NCBI GenBank assembly: GCA_951406725.2
Contig: OX597814.1
Span: 63,240,001 to 63,304,000, forward strand
Source: Octopus vulgaris
Taxonomy: Eukaryota
DNA length: 64,000 nucleotides
Reading direction: 5' to 3'
Within the stretch, counting starts at the first letter, position 1, and each line of letters begins with the position of its first letter. Under the pieces are notes generated by a model that worked only from the letters and a program-made list of their open reading frames with translations, had not been told where the DNA came from and did no database searches. The position numbers and the translations under genes are program-made. Of this stretch, positions 52,931 to 64,000 are shown one piece after another.

Positions 52931-54779
52931 AAAGCGTCAAAATAATCAGAAGGCAATCAAATTTAAGAAACTAAATGGATTGTAAGTGATAAAACAGTAA
53001 CACTGTTTGCTTAACTTATGTTAAAATCTTTGTTTGAATTGTGCTTCAAGTTAATTATTTCTAATAATTTTCTTATTCTGGGGCTTTTAGCAGAGATAAA
53101 CAAACACCTTTATCTATCATTAACTCAGAGATGTTACTTTGAGTGTTTCATTTGCTACTAGTTTTTTGCTCTTGTTGTCGCTGCTGTTGCTGTTTCATCT
53201 ACTGTTATCGTTGTTCTTGATGTTATTCTTTACTTTGCTTCCCCAACCAAGTTTGCTGAGATCGATCAAATCTATGATTAAAGACTTATCATCGATGATC
53301 ATTCCACTTTCTGCCCCCAGACATAATGTACATAAGGCTACATTAGCCACTTTCCTCATTATCTTTTAAAGAAGGGAACTTGTGATATGTGAGAGATTTT
53401 GCTGATATTTCATGTAGGTCGAGTCATAACGTAAATGTTTACTTAGTATATCTTTCATCGTTACCACACCAAGTCTGTCTTTCCCACATGCTGTTGCAAG
53501 TAAAGGTACAGTAGTGCAAGTAGCTGCATCCTGCTGTGATTGCTCCCGCATATATTACAATCTTCCTTGCGATGAAACAACAGAGCTGGTGCTAGTTCGT
53601 TTTTATAGAAGGCACGATAATCAACTACTAGAAAGGGAGGTCAGACGTCATTTGTTATTTCAAGTTCGAGTCCCGTCTTACGCTAAAATTGAAAGCACAA
53701 GTTTGATAAGACGATTAGTCGCATGTCATGGATACAGTAGTATGATCATAGTAATGTATCTTTTTTGTTCAACCACATCAGCGATTTTACTGCATTTCTC
53801 ACTTGTGGTAGCTGCAGCTCAAGCACTCATGGTTGGTATTCCTTCCCACAGTTATCAATAATCCAGTCTTTGCATTCACCTTAAAAATGCATATATATAT
53901 ATGCATTTTTAAGGTGTATAATAACTGATAACCTTGATTATCCTCATTGCATCTAGCCTTTCACAGTCATTGGTTTTCACTTGCAATTTGTCTAGAAAAC
54001 CATCTACCTTACCAGGCATGTTTGGTGGGATTGGTAGTTTAGTTGGAGAGACCGAGATCCAAAATAGGTCTTGAAATATTTTAATCCAATCATAATGTTT
54101 CGAGTAGTCCAGTTACATATGCCAAAATATGTACGGGACATATGACACATAGATAAATTTAGTATGCAATTCTGCCTTGTAACACATCCTAAATCTTTCC
54201 TTCTCTTCTTAGATTAATTCAAAATTTATATATTGACATAAATCTAAACACAATCACCCAAGCTCATCCACCTTTCATATGGTTTTTTTTTTATTTGGCA
54301 GAATGTTCTTACAGTATCTTTCGAGTTTGTCAGGAGATAAGTTTCTTAAAAGTAGTCGTTCATTTTCATTTTCCGTCCTATTTTTGCATTCCCCTTTGAA
54401 GATTTCTTTATACCTTCGGAAATATGCAGAAAATGTAATGTGATTAAATGTGATTAAATCCAGCAACTATTGGTGTTGTTGTCGTTGTTGTAATTGCTGC
54501 TGCAACTTTTGTTATCAAATTTACATCCTCCTATACGTTGGATATACAGATTACACGAAGCGGGGATAGACATAACAGTCTTCGCATGACGTACTACTAA
54601 ATAATACATTAAACACGATAATCCAATAAATACAAACTCTCAAAGATCTCAACGACTTCCTACGATTTTCGCGAACTCTCCACAACTCCTACAATGTCCG
54701 TCGTCTCAATCAACATGCTACTCTTTATAAGAATTCGGCTAGTCAATTCTTCCAATTCCACAGGGGTGTCAATAATTTC

Positions 54780-55141
<362 letters not shown>

Positions 55142-55178
55142 GTATGTGTGTGTGTGGTTATGTGCGTGTGCGCAGGTT

Positions 55179-55226
<48 letters not shown>

Positions 55227-55285
55227 GCACAGAAATAGATAGATAAACAGAGGGAGAATCAGACAGAGAGAGAGTGTTTGAAATA

Positions 55286-55324
<39 letters not shown>

Positions 55325-56715
55325 ATATGATTATTATGTATCCATCATTTCTCTATTTACATACACACACCTACATAAACATATCTATACACTCACCCGC
55401 ACGCATATAAATGTATGCATGTATTGATATGTGTATGGCTATTTGTGCTTCTGTATATACGCGAGTATACATATATATACATCCGGAGTGTATATGTGTG
55501 GTTGTATGTGTATGTATGCGCGTACGTGTGTGCGCGTGTGTTAGTACTAAATTTTTTCCTTCGTCGTACATTGCAGTAAAAATCAATAACGTATTTTCCC
55601 ATAGAATTTAAGAACTGATACAACAATTAAAGCAGAAAGTGTTCAGCGAAGACTTATAAGCAATAAAAAATGTCTCCACGTACTGCATTCGACTTCAAAC
55701 GATTACATACACAACTAAGTATATGCACGCACAATTACACACACACACAACATATACATACATAGACCATACATATGCACACACGCACAGATACACACAG
55801 ATATATATATATACATATATATGTATATATGTGTGTATTTATGTGTGTGTGTGTGCTTGTATACGCGCATGCGTGTGTTTGTGCGTATGTTTCTATGTAT
55901 ATGTGTATACATGTATTTTTTGGTGTGTGTATGTATCGATGGAAACAGAAGAAAGGACATCATTCTGAAATCTAAAGTAGTCTCCAAGATCACTGGAAGT
56001 CATTAAAAGTAAATGTACAAGGATTTTGTAAAGAACAATAAGTACTGGATAATATTGAAATGTAATGTAGTTACTCTTGATCTTGCGTACATAAATCACT
56101 TCTTTGCTCCTAAACGAAATACGAGTTGAATATTACGAAATACTTGTTTTTTTGGCTACGTTGAAAACGTCCAAATACAAACTAATGGCAGAGATAGAAC
56201 AGTGGTGCTTAATTAGAATTAAGTCGCAAACGCTACTTATAATCTTTGCAAAGGCACGAGTCTTCACTTGAAGTTCCTTGAACAAGGTTCCCCAATTAGA
56301 TATTTTATTTCTAACTGAAAAATATACAACAAAATGAAATCAGAATAATCATTAGAAACCCAATTTAGATAAATATAACCAGTTTTACTTCGAGATTTTG
56401 AACAATACCCTTTCTTTTTTTTTCTGTTTTCATAAGTAAAATCTCTGTATGGTCGTTCAAATCCATCTGTTCCAAACAATCTGTCAATATAAACTATGTT
56501 TGTTTTTTTCTGTATATTTTAATCCTCTTCTCTCACCTAGAGGAATGCTTGTAGTCTGTTTGCCCAGTATGACATACTTTCTAACATTACTCCCTTCCTA
56601 GAGAATATCATCAATGAAAAAAAAATTGTTGCTTAATAATCTTCTGCAGACATATAGACATATAATATAGACATATAGATATAAAGATATATACTAGGAA
56701 TTCCGCTTGATAAGT

Positions 56716-57523
56716 GGATCTTTTCCTTTTGAATGGCAGTTTTCAACACAATTTCTAGTTAACTAAACACTTTTAAACTTCGTATACTGGTAGAATGTGT
56801 CAAAATAAAACATTTTTTTCTCTTAGCTTTTTTGAGAAAATTGTAATTTATAAGTTTAACGTAGTTTAATTTTTCGAATTTTAACCAATCGATGGCCTCT
56901 ATTTAGCTAAAATCATTTGCTGCGTCTAAAACTGAGACAACATCCTGTCACTGTTATGTTTACGTTCGGAAAGCGTGTGCATAAAATTATAGAATTATTT
57001 TGTTTGTTAATTGTTTAAATTATTTTCCATTGCTTTCGTTTTAGCCTTTCGTTTTTTTCTTAAGCAATGGAAAATAGTTTAAACAATACACGTGTATCTC
57101 AAAACAAAAATTCAAAACAAAAACAAAACGAATAATTTTAGACAAAGGCGTAACAATTAACTTAATTTAACAATTAAGAAAAAAAAACGAAAGTCTAAAA
57201 TTTAGGGTAAGGGTTAGGGTTAGGGTTAGTGTTAGGGTTAGGGTTAGGGTTAGGGTTCGTGTAGGGTTAGGGTTAGGGTTAGGGTCAGTGACAGGATGTT
57301 GTCTCAGTTTTAGATGCAGCAAATGATTTTAGCTAAATAGAAGCCATCGATTGGTTAAAATTCGAAAAATTAAACTACGTTAAACTTACAAATTACAATT
57401 TTCTCAAGAAAGCTAAGAGAAAAACATGTTTTATTTTGACACATTCTACCAGTATACGAAGTTTAAAAGTGCTTAGTTAACTAGAAATTGTGTTGAAAAC
57501 TGCCGTTCAAAAGGAAAAGATCC
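56716..57523. mobile_element. Fold-back MITE with 238-bp TIRs and an internal (TTAGGG)n array
   Basis: 56716-56953 is the reverse complement of 57286-57523; termini GGATCTTTTCCTTTTGAA; flanks gataagt/ggtaagt (possible 7-bp TSD). Confidence 0.9.
57202..57285 (+). repeat. Interstitial telomeric-type repeat (TTAGGG), about 14 units
   Basis: Directly visible, with a few variant units. Confidence 0.95.
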
Positions 57524-58649
57524 GGTAAGTGTTCCAGTTTTAAATTTAACATCAGCAAATGATGTTATAACATACTTAACATGGAAACCATTCTGACGTG
57601 ACATTCATACACAAACATCGAGGACTATATTACTGACTGGTGAGAATCGTAAGCATAAACATGACAAAAATTATTACACTTGGCGGATATATGTAAATCA
57701 AAACTGCCCTGATCATTTAAGACACACATGTAAAAAGCACCATATTTTGATTTCATACTTCACTGTTAGTACGATTTTTCAATAAACACTAGCATAGTCA
57801 CACCCTTCTAGACGAATTCTTATGAAAAGGGAATAAACGATACATACTACGTTAAATGTACAACTAGCAATAATATTAATGAGGCTTTACACTATATATT
57901 ATACAGTGTAAATCAAATAATTACATAATGATTTAGCATTATGGTGACAATTCAAAGTGTACATAGCATGCAGTTTAATAACACAGCTATTTAATATTGT
58001 TTCAGAAAGTCATCTAGTGTTTTGGTAGTGATATACCCTAGTACATGCACACAAAGAACAATAAAAGTTGAGCATTTTACAAAATATTCGTTTGTATGAT
58101 AAACCGCACTAAATGCATCAAGGTGTTTGTCAGTGTCCTTCACGATTCATCGTAACAGATTTATCAACTGACACCTTATTATTGAGGAAATAATAACATC
58201 TATTTTATAATGGAGAAAGCTGTTTATTAATTAGGTGTGTAACATTTAAAAGTACTAAATGAAAGCAATTCTTAAGGTTTGACCGCCTGGGAATATTTTT
58301 ATAAATCCATGTTTCTAAGAAATTTCCTGTAATTTCGATTTCTGAAATTTATTCAATTTTTGAACTCCAATTTTTCACAATTTTAAATATTCATTGCATT
58401 CACTGCGGAGTAAATTTTTATTGTGTATTAGTGAACAATATTAATTTGTTGCAAGCGACATTTTCCGTTTTCATTTGCAAGAATCTCTCACACTTTCTCG
58501 CCTCTATTTTCATTAATGATAATTTAATAACGACTGTATAACGTTGATACGAGGCACAATTTCAAGAATACTATCTGTTTCCGGAGTTTATTAAATGAAT
58601 ACTTTTGATAAAATAATAATTTAAAAAATATACTGGTATAATTTGTTTT

Positions 58650-59980
58650 TAAATTAAGAAGTGATTTTGCTGTTATGTATGTTGGGACGCTATAGACCTT
58701 ACAATAATAACGATCCGGACCGATTTTGGCTATATTTTAAAACTTAAAACCATGGAAGACGACTTTTTGGTATAAAAAAATTGTAAATATCTTCAGAGGA
58801 AAAGGTGAACAATTCAAGGGAGGTTTGGCTGTTGTCTCTAGCACAGCCCAAACCATCCTCCGTCTTCACTATCACATATATTGATGTTTTTTCAAAATTT
58901 TTCTCTCATACAACACATTTTATAGAATGATGATGCCGAAGTATCACACGCGTGGTCCATTGATGGAATACAAGCAACAAAAACAAAAAAAAACTGTAAT
59001 CTAAATTTTTAATTGCCCCCACCTCAACCAAGTGAAGTCGTGTGTGTAATAAAAATCATTTTCTAACAGAAAAATATGCTATTAAATCCTTTCTTAAAAT
59101 CACTGTGGATAAATGCCAGCAATAACCATCTCAGGCTCTCCAATATTTTAATACATAAATGAGCAGGGAGTGGGGTTGCAAAAAATCATAATTTTTCAAG
59201 TTATATTTTCTTTAGCATATACATTTGTTTATGGGGAGAGAAAAATATTGAGAAACATCAATACAAACGAGAAATGTGGAGGGTTGTCTTGTGATTGCTA
59301 GAACCAACAGCCACCTCTCTCTCCCTCAAATTATTCACTTTTCCCTCTGAAAATACTAGCAATTTTTTCCGAAATCGTTCCTCCCATGGTTTTGAAGAGC
59401 GACAGAAGTTGGCCAAAATAGGTCCGGAGTGGGATGATGAGAGAGAGACGGGGGATTTGTAGAGAAACTTTCAAAACTTTTTCTCATGCAAAGATGCACC
59501 TCACACCACTTCACCCCATCATTTAGAAGGCTGTAATTGAAAAAATGGAGAAAATCCCCGTCAAATAAGTTCTAACTTACGTGGTCTTCCTGATCCGAAA
59601 CTCCTCTCCCCACTCCCCCAGAAAAAGTTTTCCCCACAAACTTCTTTATAATAGTAATCTATGCAGCTTGAAAGGTATTTGTATAAACTTACATTAAAAG
59701 AGGAAAATGTCGGATCGCATGAATTTTTCCATAGTTTTAAGTTAAAGAAAAATGGCCAAAATCGGAAAAATTCTTTCCCATAAATTCCTGTATACGCTGA
59801 AGCCAAAATATCTAAGCGATATTTGGAGAAACTTTCGTTAAAAGTATCCATTTTTCTGGTTGTTATGAGGCAACAAAGTCAGGGGTGTATACATCTGTAT
59901 CCCCTTTTATTTATACGATTTTATTTATACGATTTTTCATTTTGTATTTATATCATACATTGTTTGCAAAGTTCTGTCTA

Positions 59981-60050
<70 letters not shown>

Positions 60051-60346
60051 TCCAAAATCTATAGATGGGCTGCTGAAGTGAAATATCTATGTTACTATCA
60101 GGTATAGGTAAAACCTAACAAACTCCCTCTTCTCTGTAGTTGGACTACCTTGGTGTTTGTTTCCAAAAGAGAGATTATGACTGTAATAAAATAATGAAAG
60201 TGATATTTACTAAGGAAGTAAGCACTATTATACAAAGAAATAATTAGACGTAAAATATCATAAAAATTATTAGAATTGGGAATCAAATATGAAATTATTA
60301 TCAAGGGGCTGGCAGAAAACTGCCCGGAGGGCAGTCTTCTTACTAG
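58650..60346 (+). mobile_element. Non-autonomous Helitron/Helentron-like element
   Basis: 3' end has hairpin ACTGCCC-gga-GGGCAGT (60319-60335) then CTAG|T (60343-60346); internal degenerate inverted repeat ~58715-58862/59277-59428; 5' boundary uncertain. Confidence 0.55.
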
Positions 60347-60725
60347 TTATAGTAATGATAATTTTTAAATGAAATATAATATATATATATATATGCATAT
60401 TTTTATACATAGTTAAGTGGTATGCGTGTGTGTTTATATGTGTGTGTACGTTTGTGTATCTGTATATGTTTGTGTTTCTGTGTGTGTGTGTGTGCTTCTG
60501 TGTGCTTCTGTGCGCGCTGATATGCGTGCGTCGAGTGTACGATACTGACGAGCTTTAACTCAGCGAAATATCGATATCCACCATTGTTATCCATTAACTG
60601 TGCGAGTTTTCTCACCACATCTAAGTTATTCCGTGTTTCTTTAAAACTTGGCGTCATGATGGGACGTTTCCAAGCATGCTATCTCGCAGCTCCTGGTCGT
60701 ACAAATTAATCTCATACAATATGCA

Positions 60726-60789
<64 letters not shown>

Positions 60790-62058
60790 ATGTATGTGTG
60801 TGTGTATGTGTGTGTGTGTGTGTGTTTGTATATACATACATAGATACATAGATAAATATATGTATGCATGCATGTATACAGTCACTGTTCTCGTTTTATA
60901 CTATTGTTTTGATGTTGTAACAATGGTAATGATATTGGGCGGGATATATAAAAACAACAAAACAAAACAGATATAATATATGTTATATACGTGCACACAT
61001 ACCAACACAAAGATACAGATATACCATAAAGCATAAACCTCTTCAATCGAGTAGTTCTTTAACGTTCTTGGTTAAGAACGACCGCAGTGTTTTTAGTGAT
61101 ACTTCGTAGATGGAAACTGTGCGAATCTAATAGGGTGTACCATAAGCATAAGTCAAAGATCGGACTGTGTAACTCTAATTCACGGCTCTAGAATTACCAT
61201 ACAATGTATCACACTTATTTGGCTTCAGCCTTACGTTAACGTTACACAACTTCGTGGAATAGTTAACTATTTTCAAGCTAGTATTTTGATCACACAACAG
61301 AATACTTATCGTGAAAACGGAGGATCAGTCTATTTACTTCATCGTCAATTATAAGTAGTTAAACGGCTGACTCGTTGAAATTTACTTACGTTGAGAGCTC
61401 TAAGAGCTCTTTTTATCACCGTTTCAACTTACCTATTTGACTCTATGCCTCATGTCATAATTTCCATCTTAACATTGAAATGTAATTAGTGACACTATAT
61501 ACTGTATTATGTGCTCAAATTAATATTATAAAACGCACTGTTGCTCAACCATGACTAGTGTTGCTAAAATGTTGTCTTATGAACGAAGTACTACATAAAG
61601 AAAAATATCCCGCAGCGAAAAGTATGCAGCTGAAGTATTAATGGCAGTAGCACGTTAAGTCTGCTTCTTTATTGAATTGTTTATTTTTATACATAAGTGT
61701 GTATGTGTGTGAGTGCGCGCGCGCGCCTGCGTGTGTTTACATGTGTTTGTGAGTGTGCGCGCACGTGTACGTGAGAGAGAGTGTATCAAGATTCAAATTT
61801 ATGTTGTTCATGTTGCGTCCTTTTATGTGCTGCAACATAAGTGTTCCGCAAATGGACTTTGATAAAGTGGCACACGGAGGGAAGTATTGCGGTCAATGCC
61901 CAAGGCAAAAACCTTGTTCCAATCCGATATCAAAACACTCTTCCTCTGTTTCTCTGATTATCTACCTGTCATTCTGCCAGTCTCTGTCTGTAGCTCTCCT
62001 CACACATACGTTTACAGAATCTTACTGGGAAACGCACATATACAAACACTCATATACT

Positions 62059-62090
<32 letters not shown>

Positions 62091-62126
62091 CGCACAAACA
62101 CACTCTCATACACACACATGTATGTG

Positions 62127-62168
<42 letters not shown>

Positions 62169-62181
62169 TATATATATATAC

Positions 62182-62229
<48 letters not shown>

Positions 62230-62291
62230 TGTAGTTTCAGCTCATAGCTACGGCCATACTGATGCGCCGCCGTTAGAATAGAGAGAGAGAT

Positions 62292-62343
<52 letters not shown>

Positions 62344-62383
62344 GTGTGTGTGTGTGTGTGTGTGAGTATGTATATATATATAA

Positions 62384-62419
<36 letters not shown>

Positions 62420-62438
62420 TTATATATATATACATACT

Positions 62439-62478
<40 letters not shown>

Positions 62479-62488
62479 CATTATATAT

Positions 62489-62521
<33 letters not shown>

Positions 62522-62750
62522 TGTGTATGTGTTTGTGTGTCTGTGTTTATATCAGTTTAAGCGATTTGGCGGACAGACTTTTGAGAACTAAATAGGTTAA
62601 TTAGAGAGGCTATATTTTTGTTAATAGAAGATAACATTACTTCAATGCAGTAGAACAAAGATATTAATAATTAAGTCATAATTTTTATACAGGATTGATG
62701 CATAAAGGTTTCTTCTTTTCTCCGGCCTTGTGCCAAAATTTGAAACCATT

Positions 62751-62806
<56 letters not shown>

Positions 62807-62807
62807 G

Positions 62808-63333
62808 GTTTCTTTTAATTATAACTTATTTCATCTGCCTTAGTACCGGGCATCCTCCGGAGGCCAAGAGTAGCAAGGGCACTTTTGTTTTGCTATGCAT
62901 GCTAAAATTATCACGACATTTATTCCATTTTAGATGGAGAGTACTTTGTGTAGTATATGGGCTGTAGCCATCAAGATTATCTTTTGTAGTTCACGGAGAT
63001 TGGGATTACCAGCGAGTTGCTTAATATAATCCTCAGCTCCGTTCTTTACCATTCTTTACGCACCAATTACTACTGGTATCATCGTAGTACTAAGCTTCTA
63101 CATTTTTGTGATTTCAATTTGCAGATCATTGTAGTGAGAAAGCATTTCATATTTTTTTCTTGAGACATTTTCATCTTGTGGAACAGACATATCTATTAAC
63201 AGACAAGTTCCTCTGTTGTAGTCCTTGATCACAATGTCTGGTTAATTGGAGTCAATTTTTCTGTTGGTTTGTATTCGGAAATTCCAACGTATGGTGACGC
63301 CCTTGCTATTTACTAAATCCTCTGAATGGTGCC
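62808..63333 (-). mobile_element. 5'-truncated R4/Dong-like RLE retrotransposon 3' end in (TAA)n
   Basis: VTIRWNFRIQTNRKIDSN*PDIVIKD..CLLIDMSVPQDENV..DLQIEITKM..IPVVIGA; (TTA)n on both sides. Confidence 0.8.
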
Positions 63334-63454
<121 letters not shown>

Positions 63455-63773
63455 GTAGTTTTATTTTTATATCTGTGTGCGTTGGGTATGTGCTGTGGTT
63501 TGTTGTGATGTTCTTATGGTTACTGTATTGAGAGTGTTTTGCGTAGGATGCTTGCAGTGTCCAGTAGTGCGATTTTCTGTATGTTATATATATTTGTAAG
63601 TCCTGGTGTTTTTGTTATGGATTTGTCTGAATAATTTTTTATCGTACCTAATGCGCCTACTATGATAGGAATTGTTTCTGTTTTTAGATTCCACATTCGA
63701 ATTACCTCTATTTCCAGGTCTTTGTATTTTGAAAGTTTCTTCATTTCTTTTAGAGAGATGTTGTCATCTGCTG
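63455..63773 (-). mobile_element. Second 5'-truncated R4/Dong-like RLE fragment in (TAA)n
   Basis: KEMKKLSKYKDLEIEVIRMWNLKTETIPIIVGALG..IQKIALLDTASILRKTLS. Confidence 0.85.
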
Positions 63774-64000
63774 ATTATTATTATTATTATCATCATCATC
63801 ATCATGAGAGAGTATATTATTATTACTTTTTTATTCTCAGAGATCTCAGTCTTACTTGCTTTGTCGATTCTGTGAGAGAGGACAGCAGCATGTTGTCAGA
63901 GGTCTTACCGGATCTCTTTCCGCAAATTATTGGCTTTGGCTTTATTACATCGGGGTTAGCTTATTGTGGAAGACACTCAAGACCGAAGCATCAATCTCAA

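Noticed and set aside
53640-53680. GTTCGAGTCCC as part of a tRNA gene
   Set aside because: Isolated B-box without a cloverleaf; likely a SINE relic
57202-57285. True chromosome end or fusion site
   Set aside because: Short, single-orientation array enclosed by transposon TIRs

Overview
AT-rich, microsatellite-dense eukaryotic DNA. The SINE families, (TA)n load and transposon complement point to an octopus/coleoid cephalopod genome (inference). No host protein-coding gene is confidently visible, and almost all ORF-track entries are translations of simple repeats or decayed transposons. The window holds three mariner copies, two maT-like copies, a near full-length R4/Dong-type RLE retrotransposon plus fragments, RTE LINEs, tRNA-head and Nin-domain SINEs, Helitron-type elements and two fold-back MITEs (one carrying TTAGGG repeats). 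It also holds Penelope-like element (PLE) remnants: a Naiad-type RT and a GIY-YIG endonuclease. The most notable signal is non-coding: at least four unrelated short element families, mostly sitting in (TA)n tracts, carry minimal type-I hammerhead ribozyme (HHR) folds, several with non-canonical cores (U3:A8, U4C, extra A). They occur as a 362-bp tandem dimer with an inverted segment, a 354-bp near-perfect palindrome and dispersed monomers with covarying stems. All calls were made by eye; boundaries of decayed elements are approximate.
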